From: Bacteriovoracia bacterium
GTDB taxonomy: Bacteria; Bdellovibrionota; UBA1018; JBFWNL01
NCBI GenBank assembly: GCA_050251055.1
Contig: JBFWNL010000001.1
Coordinates: forward strand, 1-64,000
Reading direction: 5' to 3'
Length of the DNA stretch: 64,000 bases
Numbering within the stretch: the first letter of the stretch is position 1; every line of letters starts with the position of its first letter. The notes under the pieces are model-generated. The model did not search any database. It saw nothing but the letters and a program-made list of their open reading frames with translations, and had not been told where the DNA came from. This document shows positions 35,746-45,241 of this stretch, piece by piece. The position numbers were made by a program, and so were the translations under genes.

Positions 35746-35781
35746 AAAAAAGGCCGCCCCCGGCCGAAACCGGGGGCGGCC
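35746..35781 (-). terminator. Rho-independent terminator after the RRM gene
   Basis: 12-bp GC stem GGCCGCCCCCGG/CCGGGGGCGGCC followed by a U run on the minus strand. Confidence 0.85.
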
Positions 35782-35790
35782 CGAAGTGAA

Positions 35791-36069
35791 TTAGTAGCGG
35801 GAAGGCCTACGGTCACGCGTGACCATCGGCTGCGCTTCGTTGACCTTCAGCACGCGGCCTTCGATCTCCGAGCCGTTGAGCTGAGCGATCGCGTTGGCGG
35901 CCTCTTCGTCGGTGGACATCTCCACGAAACCAAAGCCCTTGCTACGAGAAGTTTCGCGATCAGTGATCACCGTCGTCGATTCGACTTTCCCGCATTGCGC
36001 GAAAGTGTCGTTGAGAAATTGTTCGTTGGCGGAATAAGGCAGATTGCCTACGTATAGTTTTTTACCCAT
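35791..36069 (-). CDS. RRM RNA-binding protein
   Basis: RNP2 LYVGNL, RNP1 KGFGFVEM; AGGAGG RBS. Confidence 0.96.
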   Translation of the reverse strand: MGKKLYVGNLPYSANEQFLNDTFAQCGKVESTTVITDRETSRSKGFGFVEMSTDEEAANAIAQLNGSEIEGRVLKVNEAQPMVTRDRRPSRY

Positions 36070-36365
36070 TTGAACCTCCTAAAGGCTGGGAGCAACCAAG
36101 GAGGATAGGGGCCCTATGCCCGCAGACTCGATAGAAGCGGAATGACTAACCCGCCGAACGTAGCACGCGGACCCCCGAATAGATACGGAATTACCCAATC
36201 GCGGCTTTCCCGCATGAAAGCATAGGATTAAGGTCGCGGCTGCCGACCGCCTGTGAACGACTGTGCGCGACACTTGGATGATTCCTAGCCATTTTCGGGG
36301 CGTTCCCGACCTGCCCGGCGTACGCTGAATGGGTGAGGGGTCGTTTTACCTGGGGTGGTAGTATT

Positions 36366-38795
36366 ATGGATCAGCTACGTGGACGTGTTCTGGCCGGGCT
36401 TTTCGCGCTCGTCGTTTTCGCCGCATATCCCGCCGAGGCGAACCAGCCTCCGCTCGATGCCAATGGCTACAGCGTGCTACTACCCGATGCTTCCTCGCGC
36501 GTCGTTTACGTCAGCCGTTCGCTGGGCTCCGATAGTAATGATGGGCTTCACCCCGTGGTGACGGGCGTGGTTGTGGCCGGGGTCCCTCAGGGGCCCAAGC
36601 GAAGCATCACGGCAGGTTACAATACCCTGAGAGACAATTTTCCCGATCAGCTGCTCCTTCGGCGGGGTGACGAGTGGGTGGCCACACCGGGCGGGGACGG
36701 CTTTCCTGGCAATTGGCAGAAATCTGGCGGAACTTCCGGCAAGTGGATGGTCATTGGCTCGTATCACGAGGCTCCCGCGAACTGCGTTCAGAACCCCGGC
36801 CACTCCAGTTGCGAGCGGCCTCTTCTGCGCACCGCGGTGGATCGGCCCTTTTTCTACTCGTACGTCCAGGAAGGGTATATCGGCTTCAAGCACGATCGCC
36901 TAGCGATTACGGGCCTTCACTTCGTCGGTTCCGGGCTCAACGGCAGCCAAGACCGCGAAGCCATTACCTTTCTCAATAACTGGAAAAACGTATTGATCGA
37001 AGACAACTTAGTCGAGAACTTCACGCGGCTCGTGCATGAGTCGTTCAATCCCGTGCGCCTGCACGTCTGTTGCGGGCCGAATCCGAACGGCAAACTCGAA
37101 AATATTTTCGTCCGCCGGAACGTCATTCATTCCACGCGCGCGCTTTGGCGAGGCGGCGGACTTTATATCGACGCAGGCCACCCCACGGGGCCCTCGGACG
37201 GATCGAGCGTACGCAACGTGTTGGTCGAGGAAAACTCGTTTGATCATTGCGGCGTGCGCACCGACAACTACGAGCAGACACCGGTGGGCGATAACGGTCA
37301 AGCTCACTGTACGTATATCGGCTACAACGATGGCCAGGTAATCGACGCCGTATTTCGTGGAAACCTCGTGGGCTTCCCCGATGGCGGCAAATTTACCTCG
37401 GTAAACGGCATCGTGGAGAAAAACGTTTTCTTGCGCACGGCCATTGGCCTGCTCGCGTGCTGCGACACGAATACCCGCGTGAGCGGCAACTTGTATTGGG
37501 AAGGCGCCGATTACGAGCCGGGCACTCGCCGCGGCTGGGGCTTGGAGATCGCCACCCCGGCGCCGGGACTCGTGCTCTTCGAAAACATCATCGCGCATAA
37601 TCGCTACGGGACGGGGGATTCGAACTACGCGAGTCTACGCGGGATCTCCATCAATGGTTCCATGAACGGCGCCCGGATCGAGCGCAACATTGTATATAAT
37701 TGGTCACGCCCAAACCCCGAGCATCTCGAAGCCGTCACGTCTTTCATGCAAGAGTGTCGGGGAGGTTGCTCGGTGGTGAACAGTAACGTACAGTTCATTG
37801 CGAACCAGTTACAAATGCCCGTGAGCGGAAATGTCTTTGCGGTAGATCACGCGCGCAACAACTTTCCGTCCTCCAGTAACTCGGGTACGGGAGGCATCTC
37901 GTTCAGCGGCAACAAGTACTTTGCCGTGAACGCTAATAATCCGGGTGCCGGATATAGCCGGTTCTTTCCGTATGATTCGATGAGCTGCTCGCAGTTTCTC
38001 TCCCGCACGAACGACCTGACGGGAAGCTGCTCGTCTTCGGCTACGACCTTCCGCAACCCCGATGTGGACATTTCCACGTACTTGGGTCTACCGTTTGGCG
38101 ATCCGACGGGCGTGGCGGCGTTCTTCGCCCAAGCACGCAAGCTCAATAAGCTCACTTACCAAGCCAGCGCCACTCCGCTGCGCATGGCCTCAGGCGTGCT
38201 CGCTTATGCACGCTACTGGTATGGGTTGGATTCCGGCACGCCGCCCGCGGCGGTCGTGACGATCACCGGCCCGAGCCCGGCCGCGGTTTTCGAGGCGAAC
38301 GTGGGCGCCACCGTGAGCCTCGTCTTATCGCGCACGGGCAGCACCGCGCAGGCGCTTTCGGTGAAGCTCTCGCTCTCTAGCAGCGCCGTCAACGGCACCG
38401 ACTACCTGCTGCGCGATGGCGCTACCGTGCTGAGCGGGGCGAACCCCGTCGTCAGTATTCCCGCGGGAGCGGCGTCGAAGGTCCTCACCGTCGCGGCGAT
38501 CAACAATACCACTTACAGCGGCACGCGCTGGGCGAAGGCGTCGATTATTCCCGATGCGGCCTATTCGGTCGGCGGCGCGAGCAGTAAAGTCGTGGCCATT
38601 GGCGACAACGACGGCTGTCAGGCGTCGCTCGCGTTCAACGGCGCGAGCGTGAAACTGACCGGCAACGAGTTCATTCAGTTCATGAACCTCTATGCGGCGG
38701 GTAATCCGCGGGCCGACTTCGACGTGACGGGAGGCCTAACCGCCAACGACTTCAACGCGTTTCTCAACGCCTATAACCAAGGGTGTGGGCCATAA
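36366..38795 (+). CDS. secreted right-handed beta-helix protein with Calx-beta-like and C-terminal dockerin-like (GC-type) domains
   Basis: Signal AEA; VYVS..GSDSNDG; NVLIEDN/NIFVRRN/NVLVEEN turns; RTGST...A.NGTDY...IGDND; ADFDVTGGLTANDFNAFLNAYNQGC. Confidence 0.8.
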   Translation: MDQLRGRVLAGLFALVVFAAYPAEANQPPLDANGYSVLLPDASSRVVYVSRSLGSDSNDGLHPVVTGVVVAGVPQGPKRSITAGYNTLRDNFPDQLLLRRGDEWVATPGGDGFPGNWQKSGGTSGKWMVIGSYHEAPANCVQNPGHSSCERPLLRTAVDRPFFYSYVQEGYIGFKHDRLAITGLHFVGSGLNGSQDREAITFLNNWKNVLIEDNLVENFTRLVHESFNPVRLHVCCGPNPNGKLENIFVRRNVIHSTRALWRGGGLYIDAGHPTGPSDGSSVRNVLVEENSFDHCGVRTDNYEQTPVGDNGQAHCTYIGYNDGQVIDAVFRGNLVGFPDGGKFTSVNGIVEKNVFLRTAIGLLACCDTNTRVSGNLYWEGADYEPGTRRGWGLEIATPAPGLVLFENIIAHNRYGTGDSNYASLRGISINGSMNGARIERNIVYNWSRPNPEHLEAVTSFMQECRGGCSVVNSNVQFIANQLQMPVSGNVFAVDHARNNFPSSSNSGTGGISFSGNKYFAVNANNPGAGYSRFFPYDSMSCSQFLSRTNDLTGSCSSSATTFRNPDVDISTYLGLPFGDPTGVAAFFAQARKLNKLTYQASATPLRMASGVLAYARYWYGLDSGTPPAAVVTITGPSPAAVFEANVGATVSLVLSRTGSTAQALSVKLSLSSSAVNGTDYLLRDGATVLSGANPVVSIPAGAASKVLTVAAINNTTYSGTRWAKASIIPDAAYSVGGASSKVVAIGDNDGCQASLAFNGASVKLTGNEFIQFMNLYAAGNPRADFDVTGGLTANDFNAFLNAYNQGCGP

Positions 38796-38809
38796 AGGAC
38801 ACACCCTTC

Positions 38810-38844
38810 AATCCTCCGCCAAGGCCCGGAATTGGCGGAGGATT
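38810..38844 (+). terminator. stem-loop after the beta-helix gene
   Basis: 13-bp arms AATCCTCCGCCAA/TTGGCGGAGGATT; weak U tail. Confidence 0.55.
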
Positions 38845-38905
38845 CATAAAGAGTTAACCGTTTCTTCAGAGTCGCCGGTTTTTAGGGCGTAGAATAGAAT
38901 CTAAG

Positions 38906-39862
38906 ATGAACGCGCTACGCAATACGATCGTCTGGATCACCCTGGGGGCAATGACCTCGGGTTGTAACGCGCTCAAGATGATCGGCAAAGCCAACAGCGG
39001 CGCCTTTTCGCGGGGAGGCTCTGCGAGTTCCACCCTTGCGCCGCCGGTTCCGATTCCCACGCCGACTGCATCGTCGGGACCGAGTACGCCGGTTGCCGTA
39101 GGATACTGTGAAACCGCCCCTAGCGAAGGGGCTCCCTGGTTGGCGCAGCTGCTCGTGAACAACCAGCTGACTTGCACGGGCGCGCTGGTGGGGAATACGA
39201 CGGCATTGTTCGCCGCCCATTGTCTGGATGGCTTGGTTCCGGCAAACCTCAAGATCGTCGTGGGGACGCCTTATTTTGATTATTCCCAAGACGGGAACGC
39301 GGTCCAGCTAGATGTTTCCAGCATCTATCTACATGAAAACTACAGCCCGATGACCTTTGAGAATGACGTTGCCCTGGTACAGCTTGACTCGCAGGTCGCC
39401 TGGAACTCTACCACTTGTGCGGTTCGGGTTCCCACGGGCACCCAGGCAGACCTTCTGCCGGAAGCCCAAGAAGTACAGATTCCAACCCTCGCGCCACTGC
39501 CCGGAGACGTGGCAGGATTTCACCCGGAAATACGTACCATCTGGGGGATTTCGATGGGGCCCCAGGCGCTGCTGGGAATCGTCGGCGCGGGCTTCGAGCA
39601 CTTGATCGGGATCGAGTACACGGATCAAACGCAGGTATTCGCGCTCGCGGGAGACGTGGCGGTAGGGTATTTCACCGACGGGCAGGGCAACTACGTTCCG
39701 GTGGCCGTGGGCGCGGTGGTGACGAACCTCACGGTCGGTGGTTTAAAGATATCGGCGGCGGCTTCGCTAGTTGATTTGAGCGATTGGTTTACCACGTACA
39801 TCGACATGCCGGAGATCCCGGCCGACTTTGTCGGTAATCCGGCGCAGGTCGCGCCCATCTAG
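38906..39862 (+). CDS. trypsin-fold (S1) lipoprotein lacking the catalytic Ser motif
   Basis: Lipobox TSGC; CTGALV, AAHC, HENY..ENDVALV; no GDSGG. Confidence 0.78.
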   Translation: MNALRNTIVWITLGAMTSGCNALKMIGKANSGAFSRGGSASSTLAPPVPIPTPTASSGPSTPVAVGYCETAPSEGAPWLAQLLVNNQLTCTGALVGNTTALFAAHCLDGLVPANLKIVVGTPYFDYSQDGNAVQLDVSSIYLHENYSPMTFENDVALVQLDSQVAWNSTTCAVRVPTGTQADLLPEAQEVQIPTLAPLPGDVAGFHPEIRTIWGISMGPQALLGIVGAGFEHLIGIEYTDQTQVFALAGDVAVGYFTDGQGNYVPVAVGAVVTNLTVGGLKISAAASLVDLSDWFTTYIDMPEIPADFVGNPAQVAPI

Positions 39863-39994
39863 GTCTACGGCTAGGTCCACGGCGACCTGGGTCCTCCTCT
39901 ATTTCCTAAGCCTCAGAAAGCACGAGAAAGCGCGCATTCTTCCGTCCCGCACGCGGCCCGCCATTTTTCGCGCACAATTCCCTAAAATCAGGGG

Positions 39995-41335
39995 ATGGAT
40001 AAAAAATCCGGCTTTACCCTCATCGAGATGATGCTCATGGCGGCCCTGCTGTCGGGCATGGCATATTTTAGCTCCGAGGTTATCTTGCAGGGGAAGCGGG
40101 GGCTGACGGGAACCGAGACGCAGGCAAGTCTTCAGCAAACCCGCTTCCAGCTGGAGAAGATTCTCCTCGATGGCGGTGGCTGTCGGGCCATGCTGAAGAA
40201 GTACACGTCCGAATCCATTTCGAAGTTCGTTCGCCTGGCGGAATCACCTCCGAAAGACCAGTGTAAGCGGGGTGGGGGGGGCCGGAGCGTCGCCGGCAGC
40301 GACTCGTTCGCGTTCGTGACCGAAGGAAATGACCAGCAAAAAGAGTACTGCTACGACTATCCCGTATCGGCCATTTATTATCCCACCGGAAGCTTGTTTC
40401 TCACGAATGGGAAAGCGATTGATAGCAATCTAGTCGTCTCGCAGATTCGCTTGGGGCGACTCCAGCGCATCACCGATCCCGCGCGGGGTCTGGCCGGGGC
40501 GGTGAACTACCTCGCCACGGTCGAGGTGGACGGTCGGCGTCGCAATAGCGTGGGCTCTGCGGATATCAGCGTGGCGGTACCGATCCAGCTTTCCACGTTG
40601 CCCACGCCGAGTGATCCATCGGGCAAACTGCGGGACGTCGTCGATTGCTCAACCAACGCGGTGTGCGCGAACCTAGGAGAAAACTGGGAGTGGAATGGCA
40701 CGACTTGCTCACCCACGCCGCAGTCCGCCTGTGCGAAGTTGGGTACGAGCTGGGAGTGGGACGGTATGGCTTGCAAACCCACGCCGGAAGCGGCCTGTAA
40801 GTCCATCGGGGCCGGTTTTAGCTGGAACGCGCTTACGAAGCAATGCATCCCTCCGGAGCTGGGTGGCCCCCGCGCGGCTTACTTCTTAACGAATCCCGGC
40901 ACGCAAACGATCAAGCTCCCTGCCGGCGTCACCAAGGTCAGGGTTCGCTTGGTCGGAGGGGGTGGCGGGGCTTGGCGAAAAAATGGCGGCCACATTTTCG
41001 GGGGATACGGCGGGGAGCTCAGCGCGACCGTGGCTCTAAACGGGTCGACCCAGTTCACCGCGACCGTGGGTGCGGGGGGAGCCGATGGAAAGGGGGCACC
41101 GGGAAATACGGGAGCCGATTCCGCGTTTCAGATTGCGGGCGTGCGGCTGGTCGCCCAGGGTGGGCGCGGGGCAAATTCGCTTTATACCCCCGGTGCCGAC
41201 GGATTCATCGCCTATTCTCCGGCCAGCCCGCCGGGCGTGTGGTGGAGTTTCTATCGGGCGGGCAACTCCTCGGGATACGGTACCGGGAGCGTGGGCGCCG
41301 ATGGCGGGCACGGTTTTGTTTCGGTGGAGTGGTAA
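39995..41335 (+). CDS. prepilin-type protein with Cys/Trp repeats and C-terminal glycine-rich domain
   Basis: KSG|FTLIE class III signal; LPAGVTKVRVRLVGGGGG...TVGAGG...GGHGFVSVEW. Confidence 0.85.
   Translation: MDKKSGFTLIEMMLMAALLSGMAYFSSEVILQGKRGLTGTETQASLQQTRFQLEKILLDGGGCRAMLKKYTSESISKFVRLAESPPKDQCKRGGGGRSVAGSDSFAFVTEGNDQQKEYCYDYPVSAIYYPTGSLFLTNGKAIDSNLVVSQIRLGRLQRITDPARGLAGAVNYLATVEVDGRRRNSVGSADISVAVPIQLSTLPTPSDPSGKLRDVVDCSTNAVCANLGENWEWNGTTCSPTPQSACAKLGTSWEWDGMACKPTPEAACKSIGAGFSWNALTKQCIPPELGGPRAAYFLTNPGTQTIKLPAGVTKVRVRLVGGGGGAWRKNGGHIFGGYGGELSATVALNGSTQFTATVGAGGADGKGAPGNTGADSAFQIAGVRLVAQGGRGANSLYTPGADGFIAYSPASPPGVWWSFYRAGNSSGYGTGSVGADGGHGFVSVEW
40664..40855 (+). repeat. three tandem coding repeats of about 66 bp (CxxLGxxWxWxGxxCxPTP)
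   Basis: CANLGENWEWNGTTCSPTPQSA / CAKLGTSWEWDGMACKPTPEAA / CKSIGAGFSWNALTKQCIPP. Confidence 0.85.
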
Positions 41336-41348
41336 AGTGGTCGCGCGC

Positions 41349-42032
41349 TTAGCGTTGAGCGTCGACCCAACGGAGGAGCATGCGTTCCCGCTCACGGGGT
41401 GTGAGGGCCGCGCTTAATCGGGTGACGTCCTGGAGTTGCCGCAGCTCGGCCAAATTCTTTTCAAAGTACGCCCACAGCAGATCATCCCGAATGTCGGTGT
41501 CCGTGATCACGGAAAGCGGAGCCAGAAACTCGCCGACCGTCAGCGCCGCTAGGCGAGCTTCAAGGTAGTGAGCCGCCAACTCCGCCTTCACCGAATCCGT
41601 TGGGAAAACAGAAGTCAGCGGCAAGAATTCGAAAGGACTGACGCGATCGGGGTGCTCACGAATTTCCCGCCTTGTCATACGGCCGCGCACGGCCGGCTGC
41701 GACTTCCGTTCGCGATCCGCGGGGTCATCGAATTCTCCCAAAAATACGATTTCCTTCACGGCGCGGTGAAAGGCCTGAAAGACGTCGCCCGAAGCGATCC
41801 GTGCGTGTACGCGATCGTAACAGGCTTCGATCTCGTGATTGAACTCCGCAGCCGAAAGCTCTTCCCAGCGCTCCAGCTCGTCTATGAAAGCTTGGACCGC
41901 ACGCAACTCGAAATGGTGACTCACGCGATCCGGCCGGAGGGCCGGGCAAGCGGCCCGGCCCACGACCGGGGTCATCATGACCGTCATGAGGGCTACCCAA
42001 AAATGGGTTTTCCAACTCTGCATACCATTCAA
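41349..42032 (-). CDS. exported helical hypothetical protein
   Basis: Signal-like N-terminus; co-oriented 10 nt after the PKD gene. Confidence 0.6.
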   Translation of the reverse strand: MNGMQSWKTHFWVALMTVMMTPVVGRAACPALRPDRVSHHFELRAVQAFIDELERWEELSAAEFNHEIEACYDRVHARIASGDVFQAFHRAVKEIVFLGEFDDPADRERKSQPAVRGRMTRREIREHPDRVSPFEFLPLTSVFPTDSVKAELAAHYLEARLAALTVGEFLAPLSVITDTDIRDDLLWAYFEKNLAELRQLQDVTRLSAALTPRERERMLLRWVDAQR

Positions 42033-42042
42033 ACCAGCAAGC

Positions 42043-43938
42043 CTAGGGCAACTTCAACTTCGGAGTTTTCACCCAGTACGCCGTCGCCTTGCCGGCGTTA
42101 TCGACCAGCGTGAGACGCACGTGGTGCACGCCCGTCGCGCCGAAATCGCAACGCGCCGTGAGCTCGAGCCCACGCTTGCAGGCGGTTACGGGCGTGACCT
42201 TATCCTTTTTGAAAAAGTCCCAGTAGAAGCTCTTCACCGCGCCGTCGGCGTCGCCGAAGGCTTGCTCCGCCGTCGTGACGTTCGGACCAAAATCAAACGT
42301 GCACTTGGCGAGCGCGCATTGTTTCTTGATCTTCACGCGTTTATTCAGCTTCGGCGGCAGGTTCTTCGTCTCGAACACGTAGCTGTGGGTGGTGACCAGG
42401 CCCGCGTTGTCGGTCACGCTGGCCAGGATGGAATACACCCCGGCGCGATTTTGGCCGTTGAGTTGGTAGGCGTGGTTCGCCGTGGTCTGGTAGGCGTTCC
42501 ACGGCAGGGTCACGCTGGGCGAACCATCGCCGAAGTCGACCTGCGCCGCCGTGATGTGCCCGTCGTCGCTGTACTGATAGCGCGGATTCACCGTGTACTG
42601 CTTGCCTTGGCGGTTATCGAGCGTGGTTTGGTTGACGAGCGCCAGGCGCGGCGCGATCTCTTCATCAGTCACCTGGATGCTCAGGTAAGCGCTGTCGGCG
42701 CCGACATCGTTCCAAGCCGTCATCACGACGGTATAAACACCGGGGGCCGTATAGTAGTGCTGTACCAACCGATCGGCGCGCGTGAGCGCCTGCACGGCGC
42801 CATCTCCCCAATCCAACTGGAAGAGATTGGCGCGAAAATCGTAGGTCGGAGTCACTTTCAGCGGATTGCTCATCGCGATGAGCGTCGCATTCACGGAGAA
42901 TCGCGCTTCCGGAAGGCGTGGGTAGATGGTCACCGTGAAGGTGTCTTCCGAATCGTAATAGCCATCCGATACGATCAGCCGTACGTTGTACACGCCGGGC
43001 TGGGAATAGACGTGAGTGGGATTCCGGGCGTAGGAGTAGTCCCCGTCGCCGAATCGCCATTCGAACTGCAGAAGGTCGTCGTCCATGTCGACGTCGTAAG
43101 AATTCCAGCCGTAGAAGTAAATCGTCTCATCTTGCTCGGCCGAGCTTGGCGAAGCGTATCCGATCGCCACGGGCGGGTGGTTGGGGCTCGTTACATCGGG
43201 GATGAAGTAATGGAAACCGTTGATGGCAAAGCCGTCGTAACTTTCGCCATCGATGCTCCCGTCGGTGACGACCCAGATGTCGATCTGGTTGCCCGTGCAG
43301 GTGCTGGAAATGAACGAGCTATGGCTTCCCGAGTACGACGCGCAAAGACCGTAACTGTCGTAAAGGTCCACGCGATCGTAAGGGTATTCGAGGTCGGTCC
43401 ACGCGAAGTCGACTTCAATGTTCTCGGTGCCGTAGGGCGCGTAGTACGTGTAGAAACGGTAATTGAGTGAGTTCACGTAATCGTAGTAGGTGAAATCCAA
43501 GCCCACGCTTTGGTAGTACCAGTCTCCACCGATCCCACGCTCGCTCGTGTCACGCGACGCCCTGGTCTCGGAAGCAGGCCGCGCGCGTTTCGGGGTGATC
43601 GCCATTTGCCGGGCCTTTTGGGGGCTGACGAGCACTGTTTGCTGGCCGCCGTTTCGTTTCGGCACGACGACGGGGACGCTCGCTCCCGTCACGGGACTCC
43701 CGCGCGCGTGCAAGGCGCGCTTCAGCGCTTGGACTTCGTTGCGTTTGCGCAGGCGATCGGTGACGGCGGCGGGTAGCGCCTGCGGGGCGGGGGCAGTGCG
43801 CACCTCTGCGGAGTCCACGTCGTTATCGAGTAGTTCCTGGGGGGTAAAGTCTTCCGCAGACGCGGCCGAGCATAGGCCGGCGATCATCATAAATAAAGCA
43901 AAGCAGGGGGAGAGGGGTTTCATGGCAAGTCCTTTCAT
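42043..43938 (-). CDS. secreted CUB-like plus multi-PKD surface protein
   Basis: DLEYPYDRVDLYD..TDGS..YDGF (CUB-like); WRFGDG/DWGDG/DFGDG PKD repeats with PGVY. Confidence 0.85.
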   Translation of the reverse strand: MKGLAMKPLSPCFALFMMIAGLCSAASAEDFTPQELLDNDVDSAEVRTAPAPQALPAAVTDRLRKRNEVQALKRALHARGSPVTGASVPVVVPKRNGGQQTVLVSPQKARQMAITPKRARPASETRASRDTSERGIGGDWYYQSVGLDFTYYDYVNSLNYRFYTYYAPYGTENIEVDFAWTDLEYPYDRVDLYDSYGLCASYSGSHSSFISSTCTGNQIDIWVVTDGSIDGESYDGFAINGFHYFIPDVTSPNHPPVAIGYASPSSAEQDETIYFYGWNSYDVDMDDDLLQFEWRFGDGDYSYARNPTHVYSQPGVYNVRLIVSDGYYDSEDTFTVTIYPRLPEARFSVNATLIAMSNPLKVTPTYDFRANLFQLDWGDGAVQALTRADRLVQHYYTAPGVYTVVMTAWNDVGADSAYLSIQVTDEEIAPRLALVNQTTLDNRQGKQYTVNPRYQYSDDGHITAAQVDFGDGSPSVTLPWNAYQTTANHAYQLNGQNRAGVYSILASVTDNAGLVTTHSYVFETKNLPPKLNKRVKIKKQCALAKCTFDFGPNVTTAEQAFGDADGAVKSFYWDFFKKDKVTPVTACKRGLELTARCDFGATGVHHVRLTLVDNAGKATAYWVKTPKLKLP

Positions 43939-44106
43939 GACTTCCGCGAAAGTACGTCGAGATATCCGACTTGCGTAGAAAGGCCCGGATAGATTTGGAT
44001 AGGTAGACGATCGGCGGAGAAAGCGCCCAGGTTATGCGGGCTTGACGAAAGATCTTCCCGCGGGCGTCAGTCCGGGGCCGGGCCGGGGTTTTAAGTGGGA
44101 GCGAGT

Positions 44107-45219
44107 ATGGCTTCGAATCCGGCAATACCCCAGTGGTCCCACCTCATGAACGAATCTTTCGCCGAGCTGGTGCGCCGGCGGCTTTCGGTGCCTCCCGGCA
44201 CGGCCGAGTCCGTTTATGTCGAGGCGTGGCTGGCGTTTTCGCGCGGGCAACGCGAGACGCTCGGCGAGCTGGCATCGATGGCGGATGCCGCGGTCCCCAT
44301 CTGCCTGCTCGAGATCATTCGCCTGCAGATCGCGATTCTGGAAAGAAGCCTCGACCCCATCCAGATCCGCCGGGCGGCGGGGCTCGCCGCTCACGACCCG
44401 GATTGGATCGGAGAAGTCCTATATGTCAGCGGCCTCGCTTGGGAGACGGCGGGGGAGCTAGCGATCGCCCGCGATTTTTTCCGGCGGGCCGCCACCGCGC
44501 TCGAACAGATCGGGGCTTCACGCAAGTCGCTCCAATCTTTTTTCCACTTCGTCGCCGTCGATCAAAAGCTTTCTCCGGAAAAGTCCCCGGTCGCGGAGCT
44601 GGAGTTCATTGCCCAACGCGCGCTTCACGCTGGCTATCCCGCGCTCGCCGGAACGGCGCTGGGGCAGGTGGCGCTGGAGTATGAAAAAGCCGCCAGCTTC
44701 GAGGTCATGCTTCAATATTGGCGCGATTCCGCGACCTATCTTGAAGCGGAAAACGGCTCGCGCGAGTTTTACCAGGCACGGCTCCATTTCGGCTTCGCCC
44801 TTGCGGTCAACGGATATCGCGCCGACGCGTTACGCGAGCTTCGCCGCACGGACGTTGCCTTCGATCCGGAGATCCGGGGGGCGCGGGAAGTGCTGGGAAG
44901 AATCCTGCGCGCCGATTACCGGGAGCGGCCTTTCCTGGGGACCCCTGATCCGATTTGGCGGGCGCGCTATCGCGCCTGCGCCGAGCGGGCCAAACAAGCG
45001 ATCGCCCGGTTTTACGGGGCGCGCGGCTTGGAGGCGCGGCTTTTACAGGAAATCCAGGGCGGTCCCAAGACGAAGCATGAGCTCATCGAAACTCTCTACG
45101 GCACGCAGATCGACTACTTCAGCGGCGAGAATCGATTGAAGAACGTGATCAGTCGCCTACGCCGGCGCCTACCCGGGGTGTTGTCCTTTCACGAGGGCCG
45201 CTATCGCGTGGGACGTTGA
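44107..45219 (+). CDS. TPR-like helical protein with C-terminal winged-helix, putative regulator
   Basis: Helical repeats; GPKTKHELIETLYG...NRLKNVISRLRR...HEGRY. Confidence 0.7.
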   Translation: MASNPAIPQWSHLMNESFAELVRRRLSVPPGTAESVYVEAWLAFSRGQRETLGELASMADAAVPICLLEIIRLQIAILERSLDPIQIRRAAGLAAHDPDWIGEVLYVSGLAWETAGELAIARDFFRRAATALEQIGASRKSLQSFFHFVAVDQKLSPEKSPVAELEFIAQRALHAGYPALAGTALGQVALEYEKAASFEVMLQYWRDSATYLEAENGSREFYQARLHFGFALAVNGYRADALRELRRTDVAFDPEIRGAREVLGRILRADYRERPFLGTPDPIWRARYRACAERAKQAIARFYGARGLEARLLQEIQGGPKTKHELIETLYGTQIDYFSGENRLKNVISRLRRRLPGVLSFHEGRYRVGR

Positions 45220-45241
45220 GCGAGTTGCGCCGCGTATCGGC

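Noticed and set aside
40664-40855. 66-bp periodicity as a CRISPR array
   Set aside because: Degenerate in-frame protein repeats with no invariant repeat/unique spacer structure and no cas genes.
41977-43470. 497-aa plus-strand ORF
   Set aside because: Antisense shadow of the PKD gene; Arg/Val/His-rich with no motifs, as expected in high-GC DNA. The same applies to most overlapping ORFs in the track.
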